The notes: generated from the letters alone by a model not told the origin. 64,000 nt of DNA from Ruminococcus sp. (GCA_017456845.1 JAFTIP010000032.1:827-64826), one strand, 5' to 3'. Positions 8,635-18,373 are shown, numbered from the stretch's first letter. Translations and numbers: made by a program.

Positions 8635-9840
8635 TCAGTAGGGCTGGGCAATGCAGCGTCTGAACATATCTATAACATACTCTGCATCTTTATTGCTCAT
8701 TGTGGTATTAAGAGGCAGGGTAAGCTCATTTTTATACATATCGAAAGCATTGGGGAAATCCTTGATGTCAAAGCCACGGCTCTTGTAAGCGGTAAGCAGA
8801 GGCAGAGGCTTGAAATGAACATTACAGATTACTCCGTTCTGAGCCATTCGCTTGAAGAAGGTGTTACGATAGTCGGAATCCTGACCTAAGAAACGCACCA
8901 TATAGAGGTGGCCGCTGCTGCGGTGGTCCTCGTCTGCGTGGTTAAGCACACCTACAGGCAAGTCGGCAAAAGCATTGTTATACATTTTGATAAGCTCGTG
9001 ACGCCTGTCGATAATCTTTTTGTATCTGTCCATCTGTGCGAGACCCATAGCAGCCAAAACGTCGGGCATATTGCACTTATACTGGGTGTCAACAACATCG
9101 TACTCCCAGCTTGTGCCCTTGTTTTTTGCATATGTGTCCTTTGTCTGGCCGTGAAGTGAGAAGAGCATATATTTTTTGTAAAGCTCGTCATTGTCGATCC
9201 CTTCAATATTTCGCCAGCTTACGGCACCGCCTTCGCCTGTTGTAAGGTTTTTAACTGCATGGAAGCTGAAGTTTGTAAAGTCAGCAACCTCACCGCACAT
9301 TTTTCCTTTCTGGCTTGCACCGAAGGCGTGGGCACCGTCGCAAATAATCATAACTCTGCCGATAGCTTCCTGATATTCGTTTGAGGGCTTAAAGAGGTGA
9401 CGCTTGTTTTCAACTGCCTTGAAAATGCGGTCGTAGTCACACATAACACCTGCAAGGTCAACAGGAATAATAGCCTTGGTTTTTTCAGTTATGGCGGCTT
9501 CCATTTTGTCATAGTCCATCTCATAGCTTCCGGGTGCGCAGTCTACTATAACGGGAGTTGCGCCTATGTGATAGAGTATGGAAGCAGAAGCTGTGTAAGT
9601 ATAGGCAGGAACAATAACCTCATCGCCCTGACCGATGCCTAAAATTCTCAAGGTCATTTCGGCACAGGCTGTCTGTGAAGAAAGGCATACTGCCTTTTCT
9701 GTGTTACAGAACTTGGCAATACGGGACTCAAAAAGCTTGGTTTTTGGGCCCGTGGTAATCCAACCTGATTTAAGAACATCAACAACTGCATTAATTTCAG
9801 CTTGAGTTATATCCGGGGGAGAAAAAGGAATATTTCGCAT
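8635..9840 (-). CDS. DegT/DnrJ/EryC1/StrS-family PLP-dependent sugar aminotransferase
   Basis: 401 aa. The N-terminus IPFSPPDITQAEINAVVDVLKSGWITTGP and the PLP-lysine region FSFHAVKNLTTGEGG are typical of the family. Confidence 0.9.
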   Translation of the reverse strand: MRNIPFSPPDITQAEINAVVDVLKSGWITTGPKTKLFESRIAKFCNTEKAVCLSSQTACAEMTLRILGIGQGDEVIVPAYTYTASASILYHIGATPVIVDCAPGSYEMDYDKMEAAITEKTKAIIPVDLAGVMCDYDRIFKAVENKRHLFKPSNEYQEAIGRVMIICDGAHAFGASQKGKMCGEVADFTNFSFHAVKNLTTGEGGAVSWRNIEGIDNDELYKKYMLFSLHGQTKDTYAKNKGTSWEYDVVDTQYKCNMPDVLAAMGLAQMDRYKKIIDRRHELIKMYNNAFADLPVGVLNHADEDHRSSGHLYMVRFLGQDSDYRNTFFKRMAQNGVICNVHFKPLPLLTAYKSRGFDIKDFPNAFDMYKNELTLPLNTTMSNKDAEYVIDMFRRCIAQPY

Positions 9841-9941
9841 AATATTAACTCCTTTGTATACAAAAAAGCATAATTTCCTATTATTTCACGCTAATTATAC
9901 ATCAAAGAAGTTTGGGTGTAAAGGGATTTTTGTCGGCTTTG

Positions 9942-10226
9942 TTAATTTTGCCTATTATTGCCCTTATTATCTCTTAAGCTTAGGTTTAAATACTTATTTT
10001 TGGTGGCTTCCCCGCCTCTTATGTGGCGTTCGGATTTGTTTTGCTGAAGCACCTTGTTGACCTTTTGATATAACGCAGAGTCTATGTATGGAAGCCGTTT
10101 GCTTACATCCTTGTGAACGGTTGATTTGCTTATGCCGAATTTTCCTGCTGTGGCACGTACCGTGGCTTTTTGCTCTACGATATATTCTCCAAGCCGTGCG
10201 GCTCTTTCTTCAACGATTTCTTTCAT
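9942..10226 (-). CDS. spoIIID: Stage III sporulation protein D, mother-cell transcription regulator
   Basis: 94 aa. The sequence EERAARLGEYIVEQKATVRATAGKFGISKSTVHKDV...SERHIRGGEATK is a strong SpoIIID signature. Confidence 0.9.
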   Translation of the reverse strand: MKEIVEERAARLGEYIVEQKATVRATAGKFGISKSTVHKDVSKRLPYIDSALYQKVNKVLQQNKSERHIRGGEATKNKYLNLSLRDNKGNNRQN

Positions 10227-10409
10227 ACAGAAACCTCCGATTAATTATTCCTTAATTAATATGTCGGTTGTTTCTACGATATAACATAAAAACCTCATTG
10301 ACATAATGGGTATGCAGCTATATACTTAAAAAGAAAGCATTACGGTTTATTAATCGTTTTGTTTTTGTGGGTGGTATTATAATAAAATGCAAAAGCAGGA
10401 GGAGTTATT

Positions 10410-10811
10410 ATGAAAAAAACACTGGCAATTATTATGGCTGTACTTTTGCTTACAGTTTTAGGCACAATAGGTGTTTTTGCTGCCAAGGGAAATTTTGGCA
10501 AAGGCTATGTTGACGCAGATAAAAACGGCATTTGCGATAACCGCACAAATGCATCATCTTTTGTTGACGAAAACAGAAACGAAGTTTGCGACAACCGTGA
10601 AAACAACCTGTGCATACAGCCCGAAAATCAGCAGAAAAATCAAGGTTTTTTAGATGAGGACGCAGACGGAATTTGTGACAACAAAGCAATAGCAGAAGGC
10701 TATTGCGACGGACAGGGTAACTGCTGCGGCAGACAAGGTAGCGGCAGAGGTTTTACAGATGCCGACTCAGACGGAGTTTGCGACAACAGAGGTATGTGCA
10801 GAAGAGGCTGA
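10410..10811 (+). CDS. Small secreted Cys-rich protein with four DxDxxGxCDN repeats (function unknown)
   Basis: 133 aa with a signal peptide (MKKTLAIIMAVLLLTVLGTIGVFA). The repeats are YVDADKNGICDNR, FVDENRNEVCDNR, FLDEDADGICDNK and FTDADSDGVCDNR. It has a strong RBS (AGGAGG) and its own terminator. Confidence 0.75.
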   Translation: MKKTLAIIMAVLLLTVLGTIGVFAAKGNFGKGYVDADKNGICDNRTNASSFVDENRNEVCDNRENNLCIQPENQQKNQGFLDEDADGICDNKAIAEGYCDGQGNCCGRQGSGRGFTDADSDGVCDNRGMCRRG

Positions 10812-10845
10812 AACCAATAAATTTTCAAGCAAAATCAAAATGTAG

Positions 10846-10886
10846 AGCAGGAAATCACTTTTAGATTTCCTGCTTATTTTATTTTT
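10846..10886 (+). terminator. Rho-independent terminator of the Cys-rich repeat protein gene
   Basis: AGCAGGAAATC-acttta-GATTTCCTGCT followed by TATTTTATTTTT. Confidence 0.7.
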
Positions 10887-11007
10887 ATAAAATCAACAAA
10901 AATCATAGTGAAAAAGGTTTACAGATATGTTGATTTGTGTTAATATTAATATGTATTTTTATATCCCATATATATGTATTATTAATTTTAGAAAAGGCGG
11001 CACCCTT

Positions 11008-13650
11008 ATGGCGAATACAGTTACAACTCCACATAAAACCAACCAAAAGCCTAAACAGAGCAAAAAAAACAAGTCAGTATATATGTTTATTAAACGAGTT
11101 ATCGATATGGTGCTTTCACTGTTGGCTGTATTGGTGCTTTCTCCCGTATTTCTCATAATTATTCTGCTGATAGTTCTTACCGATAAAGGAAGTCCCTTTT
11201 TTGTTCAGAAAAGAGTAGGTAAAGATAAAAAGCTGTTTAAAATATTCAAGTTTCGCACAATGCGTACCGATACAGACGCTAATATTCCCACTCATCTTCT
11301 TGAAGACCCTGAGCAGTTCCTTACTCCGATTGGTAAATTTTTAAGAAAAGCAAGTCTCGACGAGCTTCCTCAGCTTGTAAATATTTTTCTTGGTCAGATG
11401 TCGTTTATCGGCCCCAGGCCTGCATTATGGAATCAGTACGACCTTATTGAAGAGCGTGACAAATGGGGTGCAAACGACATAAAGCCGGGCCTCTCGGGTT
11501 GGGCTCAGATTAACGGCAGAGATGAGCTCCCCATTGTGGTTAAGGCAAAGCTTGACGGAGAGTATGTTCAGAATCTGAGCTTCCTATTTGACGTTAAATG
11601 TTTCTTTGGTACATTTACCTCGGTGTTTACCGCAAAGGGCGTTAAGGAGGGCGGTACCAGTGCCGAGGAAAGCAGGCACCCAAGAATCTGTATGGTTACC
11701 ACGATTGCCAAAGCCTTTGACTGGTTTGTTTCTGACAGTGCCCGAAATCTGGCGTCAAAGGGCTTTGAGGTTACCGTTGTGTGCGGAGGTATGACAGATG
11801 AATTTATTAACAGACACAGCGAGTTTGCAAAGGTTTGTGATGTGCCTTTGCAAAGAGGTGCCAGCCTTATTGCGACAATAAGAAGTGTAAAATCTATCAA
11901 TAAAATTTTCAAAGAGGGCAAATTTGACATTATCCAGTACGCTACCCCCAATGCGGCACTTTGTTGTACTTTGGCTCCAAGGTTTAAGAAAATTCCCGTG
12001 AGGGTTTACGGCCAGTGGGGTATCAGATACGTAGGTTTGGACGGAATCAAAAGATTGTTTTTTAAATTAATTGAAAAGTTTACCTGTAAGTGTGCAACCA
12101 AAATTTACGCTGTAAGCCCGAAGAATATGGAGCTTTCTATAAGCGAAAAACTTTGTAAGAGAGACAAAATTGAGGTTATCGGCAAGGGTGGTACCATTGG
12201 TGTTGATTTTAACGTTTATGACGTAAGCAAAAGAGATGAGTTCAGGGCCGAAATCAGAAAACAGTATAAAATAGACGACAACACCTTTGTGTTTGGCTAT
12301 ATCGGAAGACTCAACAGGGATAAGGGTATTAGTGAACTCTTAAGTGCTTACAGAGCACTTTTGTATAATCATACGAATACGAGGCTTTTTCTTGTTGGTA
12401 TGGAGGATAATACCAATCCTCCTGATAAGGAGCTTATGGATTGGGCAAAATCTTGTGATAAGGTTTATATTACAGGGCATCAGCAATCAACAGAAGTAGC
12501 AAAGTTTATGGCAGCCTGCGATTTGCTGGTGCATCCTACCTACCGCGAAGGATTTTCCATGGTGCTTCAAGAGGCAATGGCAATGAAACTTCCTGTTATC
12601 ACTACAGATGTGCCCGGTCCCAGCGAGGTTATAGAAGAAGGCATAAGCGGTGCTTTAGTTCCTTCGCATAATGATAATGCTTTGCTTTCGAAAATGACAG
12701 AGCTTATGCAAAACGAAAAGCTCAGAAATCTTTTTGCAGAAAACGGAATAATAAGGGTAGAAAAATATTTTGCCCGTCCTATTATGCTTAAAAATATATA
12801 TGACTTTTATTGCAAGCTTTTAAAAATAAAAGATAACCACATTAAATATATGTATCTGACCGCTGACCCTGAGGCTGCAAAAACTGCCGAAGCTGCTGGT
12901 GTGGACAGGATTTTTCTTGACCTTGAAATCATCGGTAAACATGAGCGTCAGGCCAACCTTGATACGGTTAAGTCACAGTCTTGTATTGATGACGTCAAAA
13001 AATTAAGAAAAGCAGTAAAAAAAGCAGAGCTTCTTGTAAGATGCAATCCTGTTCATAAAGGTCTTAAGGATGAAATCGACAGGATTATCAGTGACGGTGC
13101 AGACATCATTATGCTGCCTTATTTTAAAACTGCCGATGAGGTGAAAACCTTTATCGATTACGTTGGCGGCAGAGTACCTACGGTGCTTCTTTTTGAGACT
13201 GCAGAGTCAGTTGAAAAAGCTGACGATATTTTAGCACTGGACGGTATAACCGAAGCATACATAGGACTCAACGATTTACATTTGAGTTATAAAATGAAGT
13301 TTATGTTCGAGCTTTTAGCTAACGGCACAGTTGATATGCTTTGTAAAAAATTCAGAGCAAAAGGCATTCCTTACGGTTTTGGCGGTATAGCAAAGATTGG
13401 CGAGGGTCAGCTTAAAAGCGATTATGTAATTGGCGAGCACGTAAGATTAGGCTCTACCTGTGCAATACTTTCAAGAACTTTTCGTCACGAAGTAAGTGCC
13501 AGCAGACCTGTGGACAATATAAGCCACGAAATTGAACTTCTTCGTAAAAGAGAAAATGAAGTAGCAAGCTGGAGCAAAGAGCAGTTTGAAGAAAACAGAA
13601 AAATTGTATGTTTGACTGTAAAGCAAATTGCAGAAAAAGTTTCGGTTTAA
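11008..13650 (+). CDS. Tri-domain fusion: small phosphoglycosyl transferase (Bac_transf), GT4 glycosyltransferase and an HpcH/HpaI/CitE-like aldolase-fold domain
   Basis: This is one uninterrupted frame of 880 aa from MANTV at 11008; the listed start at 10927 is probably over-extended. Residues 1-215 (KGSPFFVQKRVG...KFRTM...DELPQL...GPRP) form the sugar transferase. Residues ~226-600 (GRLNRDKG...EGFSMVLQEAMAMKLPVITTDVPGPSEVI) form the GT4 domain. Residues 612-880 (VDRIFLDLEIIGK...LLFETAESV...AYIGLNDL) form the HpcH-like TIM barrel. Confidence 0.8.
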   Translation: MANTVTTPHKTNQKPKQSKKNKSVYMFIKRVIDMVLSLLAVLVLSPVFLIIILLIVLTDKGSPFFVQKRVGKDKKLFKIFKFRTMRTDTDANIPTHLLEDPEQFLTPIGKFLRKASLDELPQLVNIFLGQMSFIGPRPALWNQYDLIEERDKWGANDIKPGLSGWAQINGRDELPIVVKAKLDGEYVQNLSFLFDVKCFFGTFTSVFTAKGVKEGGTSAEESRHPRICMVTTIAKAFDWFVSDSARNLASKGFEVTVVCGGMTDEFINRHSEFAKVCDVPLQRGASLIATIRSVKSINKIFKEGKFDIIQYATPNAALCCTLAPRFKKIPVRVYGQWGIRYVGLDGIKRLFFKLIEKFTCKCATKIYAVSPKNMELSISEKLCKRDKIEVIGKGGTIGVDFNVYDVSKRDEFRAEIRKQYKIDDNTFVFGYIGRLNRDKGISELLSAYRALLYNHTNTRLFLVGMEDNTNPPDKELMDWAKSCDKVYITGHQQSTEVAKFMAACDLLVHPTYREGFSMVLQEAMAMKLPVITTDVPGPSEVIEEGISGALVPSHNDNALLSKMTELMQNEKLRNLFAENGIIRVEKYFARPIMLKNIYDFYCKLLKIKDNHIKYMYLTADPEAAKTAEAAGVDRIFLDLEIIGKHERQANLDTVKSQSCIDDVKKLRKAVKKAELLVRCNPVHKGLKDEIDRIISDGADIIMLPYFKTADEVKTFIDYVGGRVPTVLLFETAESVEKADDILALDGITEAYIGLNDLHLSYKMKFMFELLANGTVDMLCKKFRAKGIPYGFGGIAKIGEGQLKSDYVIGEHVRLGSTCAILSRTFRHEVSASRPVDNISHEIELLRKRENEVASWSKEQFEENRKIVCLTVKQIAEKVSV

Positions 13651-13673
13651 TAAACTATAAAAAGGTTTTTGGT

Positions 13674-14672
13674 ATGTTTTTCAGTATTATTATTCCCATG
13701 TATAATGCCAGAGAGTATATTTCTCAGTGTATTGAAAGCTTACTTTGCCAGACAATGAAGGATTTTGAGGTAGTTGTTGTTGATGACGGCTCCAAGGATA
13801 ACAGCGGTGAAATTATACGCTCTTATATGGAAAAAGACAGCAGAGTCCGCCTTATATCACAGGAAAACTCAGGTCAATCCAAAGCAAGAAACACAGGCCT
13901 CAGAGAAAGTCAGGGAGAATATATAATCTATCTTGACAGCGACGACTTCGTTATGAAAGAAGATTTCCTTCATAAGGTAAAAAGCAGTATAGATACCGCT
14001 TCAGCCGAAGTGGTTATGTATCGTTATGTAAAATATTACGACGGAGCAAACCCGCGCTTTGAAAAAAGCCACTATGATTTTCAGGGTACTGAGGGTATTG
14101 CAAGTCCGGAAAAGCTATTGCCGTTGCTTGCTCAAAAGGATGCTTATTATGGTTCGGCATGGACTAAAAGTATAAAAAGAGAGCTGCTTATAAAGCACAG
14201 TATCTTTTTTGACGAAGAGCTGTCTTGTGAAGACTTTGACTGGAGCTATCGTATAATCGAAAAAGTAAGCTCAATAGCCTGTCTTGACGAGGCTTTTATT
14301 GCCTACAGACAGCGACAGAACTCAGTTACAACATCGGGCTCGTATAAAAACGCCGAGGATTGCCTTTTGATGGTAGAGAAGTATAAGTCAAGATATGAGG
14401 ACGTAAGGTTACCGTTAAGTGCTGAAATGCGTCAGGGGCTTTTGGCTACGGTGGCAAAGCTTTATTGCAATTTGCTTTTAACCTACATAAGGGTAAATAA
14501 TAAGGATAAAAAGTTTATGAAGCCAAGGCTCAAAGCTTTGGCACCGGTGCTTAATTACGGCACAAGCAAAAGACCCCTTACCCTAAGAAGAATTTATAAG
14601 ATTTTCGGTTTTTCTCTGATGCTTAAGGCACTTTCTATACTTGACTCGCTCTATGTAAAGGTGAAATTATGA
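13674..14672 (+). CDS. GT2-family glycosyltransferase
   Basis: The start is MFFSIIIPMYNAREYISQCIESL at 13674, with VVVVDDGSKD...LDSDD motifs. The listed start at 13608 overlaps the previous gene and is unlikely. Confidence 0.88.
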   Translation: MFFSIIIPMYNAREYISQCIESLLCQTMKDFEVVVVDDGSKDNSGEIIRSYMEKDSRVRLISQENSGQSKARNTGLRESQGEYIIYLDSDDFVMKEDFLHKVKSSIDTASAEVVMYRYVKYYDGANPRFEKSHYDFQGTEGIASPEKLLPLLAQKDAYYGSAWTKSIKRELLIKHSIFFDEELSCEDFDWSYRIIEKVSSIACLDEAFIAYRQRQNSVTTSGSYKNAEDCLLMVEKYKSRYEDVRLPLSAEMRQGLLATVAKLYCNLLLTYIRVNNKDKKFMKPRLKALAPVLNYGTSKRPLTLRRIYKIFGFSLMLKALSILDSLYVKVKL

Positions 14673-15970
14673 AAACTTCGCTTCCTAAGGTTCTGGTTCC
14701 TACAATAAATGTTTGGCAAGATAGCGGTAACATCCGCACTTTGCCTGAGATTTTTGCTTTTTATGATAAATCCAAGGTTGCCCAGATATATACTAAAGCA
14801 GGGCTTCCGCAAACAGAGGTTTGCGATAATTTTTTCAGAATTAATGAAAACGCTGTGCTCAAAAGCATATTTAAGCGTAATATAAGAACCTCGTCAGAGG
14901 TGAAAAATCAGACCGAGCCTGTTTCTGCTCAAGAGGCACGGGAGCTTACAGAGCAACAGAACAGGTATAGCAACAGCAGAAAAAAGTTTGGAAATCTTAT
15001 GGCTTTATGCCGAGAGTTTGTGTGGCTTTTTGGCAAATGGAAAACTAAAGAGCTTGACGAATTTATAGATTCGTTTGCTCCTGAGGCTTTGTTTTTGCCC
15101 GTGTATCCGGTGGTGTATATGGCAAGGCTTCAGCTTTATATTATAAAGCGAACCGGAGTGCCCGTGGTGAGTTATATATCTGATGATAATTATACCTATA
15201 AGCCTTGCGGTAAAAATCCTCTGGCTTTAATCCATCGATTCTGGCTTCGCAAAGGCGTAAAAAAAATCATTGATAATTCCAAGGAGCTTTTTGTGATAGC
15301 ACCAAAGCAAAAAGAGGAGTACGACAGGCTTTTTGGTGTTAACAGCACCCTGCTTACCAGAGCAATCGAAATCAAGGAAGAAAATTTTAATAAAACGGAG
15401 CCTGAGCATCCCATTAAAATGATTTATACAGGTAAGCTGGGAATCGGCAGAGACAAGTCTTTGGCAGAAATTGCAAAGGCGGTTTCAAAAATAAACGAAG
15501 AGGGTGAACTGCTTTCGCTCAGCATTTATTCAGGCGATACACCCTCAGAATCTGTGGCGGAAGCTTTCTGTGGCAAGGGAGTAAAGTTTTGCGGAAGCGT
15601 AAGTGCTCAAAGGGTTGCTGAGCTTACCCAAAAAGCTGACGTTGCCGTATTTGCCGAGTCTTTGGATAAACGCTTTAAAAATACGGCAAGGCTTTCTTTT
15701 TCTACTAAGCTTACCGATTACTTAAAAAGCGGAAGCTGTATTTTTGCCATTGGCTCTGAGGATATTGCTCCTATGGATTATCTTATAAAAGAGGATGCAG
15801 CAATTGTTGTTACATCTTATGATGACATAGAAAAAAGCCTGCGAAGGCTTTGCTGTAATCCTGAGCTTATAACTGAATACAGCGAAAAGGCTTTTCGTAC
15901 AGGAATCAAAAACCATAATCCCCGAAAGATTATGGATGAATTCAGGAGAGTTATGTGCTCTTTAACCTAA
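14669..15970 (+). CDS. GT-B-fold glycosyltransferase-like protein (family unassigned)
   Basis: 433 aa. The C-terminal half (IYTGKLGIGRDKSL...FAESLD...SFSTKLTDYLKSGSCIFAIG) resembles the GT1/GT4 C-domain. There is a 4-nt start/stop overlap with the GT2 gene. Confidence 0.5.
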   Translation: MKTSLPKVLVPTINVWQDSGNIRTLPEIFAFYDKSKVAQIYTKAGLPQTEVCDNFFRINENAVLKSIFKRNIRTSSEVKNQTEPVSAQEARELTEQQNRYSNSRKKFGNLMALCREFVWLFGKWKTKELDEFIDSFAPEALFLPVYPVVYMARLQLYIIKRTGVPVVSYISDDNYTYKPCGKNPLALIHRFWLRKGVKKIIDNSKELFVIAPKQKEEYDRLFGVNSTLLTRAIEIKEENFNKTEPEHPIKMIYTGKLGIGRDKSLAEIAKAVSKINEEGELLSLSIYSGDTPSESVAEAFCGKGVKFCGSVSAQRVAELTQKADVAVFAESLDKRFKNTARLSFSTKLTDYLKSGSCIFAIGSEDIAPMDYLIKEDAAIVVTSYDDIEKSLRRLCCNPELITEYSEKAFRTGIKNHNPRKIMDEFRRVMCSLT

Positions 15971-15992
15971 GAGTAAAACCAATAGCATAATT

Positions 15993-17186
15993 ATGAGAGT
16001 ATTACAGATTAACGGGGTTTATCCCATAAAAAGCACAGGCAGAATTGTTAAAGAAATTGAAGCTGTGCATAAGAAAAATAACATCGAGTCTTTTATTGCA
16101 ACAAGCGAATGTACTCTTAAAAAGAGCAACGTCCATACTATGGGCTCGGATTTGTACATAAAAGCCAACATACTTAAAACACGGCTTTTTGGCAAACATG
16201 GATTTTATAACAAAACCGAAACCCGAAAGCTTTTAAGATGGATAGATGAAATTAGGCCTGATATTATTCATCTGCATAATATCCATGGCCACTACATAAA
16301 TGTTAAGCTTTTATTTGAGTATATAAAAAAGCATAGTATACCCGTAGTTTGGACCTTGCATGATTGCTGGGCATTTACAGGGCATTGCTCTCATTTTGAT
16401 TACAGAGGCTGCCAAAAGTGGCGGCAAGGATGCTTTGATTGCCCAATGCAGAAAAGCTACCCTGTTTCATGGTTTTTTGACAGGTCAAAAGGAAATTACA
16501 GGGACAAAAAAGCTCTTTTTACAAGTATACCTGAAATGCATATTGTTACCCCTTCCAATTGGCTTAAAGGGCTGTGTGAAGAGTCTTTTTTAGGCAAATA
16601 TCCTGTCACCGCGATTCCCAACGGAATCGACACAGATGTGTTTTCGCCTTCGGTATCTGATATACGCAAGAAGCTAAAATTAGAAGATAAGTTTGTTATC
16701 TTAGGAATTATCAACGAGTTTTCGGGCTATAAAGGCGGAGAATACTTTTTAAAGCTTTCTCAGATGCTTTCTGATGATGAGGTTATTGTTCTTTTAAGTT
16801 TAGAGGAAAATCCCGATACCTTACCGCATAATATAATTCCGCTTAAAAGAACTGCAGATGACAAAAGATTGGCAGAAATTTATTCTATGGCAGATGTTTT
16901 TGTTAATCCTACGCTACAGGATACTTTTTCTATGGTTAATATTGAGGCTCTTGCTTGTGCAACTCCTGTAGTAACCTTTAATTCAGGGGGAGCCGCAGAG
17001 ATGCTTGATGAGCAAAGCGGCGTTTGGGTTAACAGGGGAGACACAAAAGCTCTTTACGAGGCTATTCAGAAGGTCAAAAGGAAGGGTATATCCTCTGCTG
17101 CTTGCCGCAAACAAGCACTTAACTTTAAAACAGAGGATTGCTTTACAAAATATCTGGATATTTACAAATCGGTTTCAGATATGTGA
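15993..17186 (+). CDS. GT4-family glycosyltransferase
   Basis: 397 aa. Motifs include MRVLQINGVY...IIHLHNIHG and the C-terminal FVNPTLQDTFSMVNIEALACATPVVTFNSGGAAEM. Confidence 0.85.
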   Translation: MRVLQINGVYPIKSTGRIVKEIEAVHKKNNIESFIATSECTLKKSNVHTMGSDLYIKANILKTRLFGKHGFYNKTETRKLLRWIDEIRPDIIHLHNIHGHYINVKLLFEYIKKHSIPVVWTLHDCWAFTGHCSHFDYRGCQKWRQGCFDCPMQKSYPVSWFFDRSKGNYRDKKALFTSIPEMHIVTPSNWLKGLCEESFLGKYPVTAIPNGIDTDVFSPSVSDIRKKLKLEDKFVILGIINEFSGYKGGEYFLKLSQMLSDDEVIVLLSLEENPDTLPHNIIPLKRTADDKRLAEIYSMADVFVNPTLQDTFSMVNIEALACATPVVTFNSGGAAEMLDEQSGVWVNRGDTKALYEAIQKVKRKGISSAACRKQALNFKTEDCFTKYLDIYKSVSDM

Positions 17187-17200
17187 TTTAAGGAGATTTT

Positions 17201-18268
17201 ATGTTTTTTTGGTTTTTTATGCTGCTGAGCATCATAATAATATGGTTTACGATTCCTGATGCTCTGGGCGAAAAAAAGAAAAAACTAATATTTATGGCTC
17301 TGGCATGGCTTATTCTTGTTTTGATTTTAGGCGGCAGAGATAACGGCGGAATTAATGGCGGCGACTTGTATGGGTATTACAGGTGGTATCGAAGAGCCAT
17401 GAACCTTCCATTGGACCACTTGCTTCTGTATACAGGTGTGGAGGACGGCTATCTGGTACTTAACAAGATTCTTGCTATCATTGTTCCGTGGAATCAGTTT
17501 ATTTTTTATTTTCAGGCGGCATTTTGTACTGGAATTATGTTCTGGTATATTTATCGGAATTCGGAAAATGTGTTCTTAAGTGTCGTTGTTTATATTTGCG
17601 TTGGCCCTTGGCAGTTTTTCCTTACAGGCTTCAGGCAAGCTATTGCCTGTTGCATATGTTTTGTCGCCTTAGAGCTTATAAAAAAGCGAAAGACTTCCCT
17701 GAATATTACTGCTTTGGTGCTCATAGCATTAGCGTCGACTATACATACAACCGCTTGGTTATTTTTAATTGTGTTTGTTATACGATGCTTTAAGGTTGGC
17801 AGGAATATTGTTATTTTCAGTATATTGGTTACAGTGCTAAGCATTGTATTTTCTGATGAGATTATGGCATGGGGAAACGATGCTTTAGGCAGAGAATATA
17901 CAGCAGGACTTTATTCGGGTAATGCTTTAGGCGGAATTGTGCCTATTATGGTTTATCTTGTAGCTTTGATCATTTCTTACATAGTGTGGTATAACGACAA
18001 AAGTTTTACCGAGGATTACTCTATGGAAATAAAATTGATGATTTTAGGCTTGTGCTTGTATACTTTAAGGTATAACACTACTGTGTTTGAGCGTATAAGT
18101 CACTATTTTACCCCTGTAATTTCGGTGATTCTCCCTTCGGCGATTATGAGGCTTAAGGATAAGAGAGAGGTAAAAATAGTGTCGGCATTTTGCGTTTTAC
18201 TATGTGTAGGTTTGTTTATTTACCGTGCCTATACTCAGTTTGGCGTGTATCATGCTTATTGGGAGTAG
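17201..18268 (+). CDS. EpsG-like polysaccharide polymerase (multi-pass membrane protein)
   Basis: 355 aa with about 10 hydrophobic segments. The FLTGFRQAIA motif region is typical of the EpsG/Wzy-like family, and the gene sits inside a glycosyltransferase cluster. Confidence 0.65.
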   Translation: MFFWFFMLLSIIIIWFTIPDALGEKKKKLIFMALAWLILVLILGGRDNGGINGGDLYGYYRWYRRAMNLPLDHLLLYTGVEDGYLVLNKILAIIVPWNQFIFYFQAAFCTGIMFWYIYRNSENVFLSVVVYICVGPWQFFLTGFRQAIACCICFVALELIKKRKTSLNITALVLIALASTIHTTAWLFLIVFVIRCFKVGRNIVIFSILVTVLSIVFSDEIMAWGNDALGREYTAGLYSGNALGGIVPIMVYLVALIISYIVWYNDKSFTEDYSMEIKLMILGLCLYTLRYNTTVFERISHYFTPVISVILPSAIMRLKDKREVKIVSAFCVLLCVGLFIYRAYTQFGVYHAYWE

Positions 18269-18373
18269 AGGTAACAAACTATGGTGATCGCTCTTATTTT
18301 GCCCTATCTTAAACACTACCGGCTTATGCTTTAAAATATTCTATAAATAAATCAGTTAATTGGAGAAATAGCT

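Noticed and set aside
10927-11007. Upstream-extended starts for several genes (10927 for the EPS fusion, 3647 rimP, 13608 GT2, 43400 deacetylase, 62216 fba, 55093 serC, 25161 ricT, 35551 SLT)
   Set aside because: In each case an internal ATG preceded by a good Shine-Dalgarno gives the family-typical N-terminus. The extension is hydrophobic or odd sequence that overlaps the neighbouring gene or its promoter.
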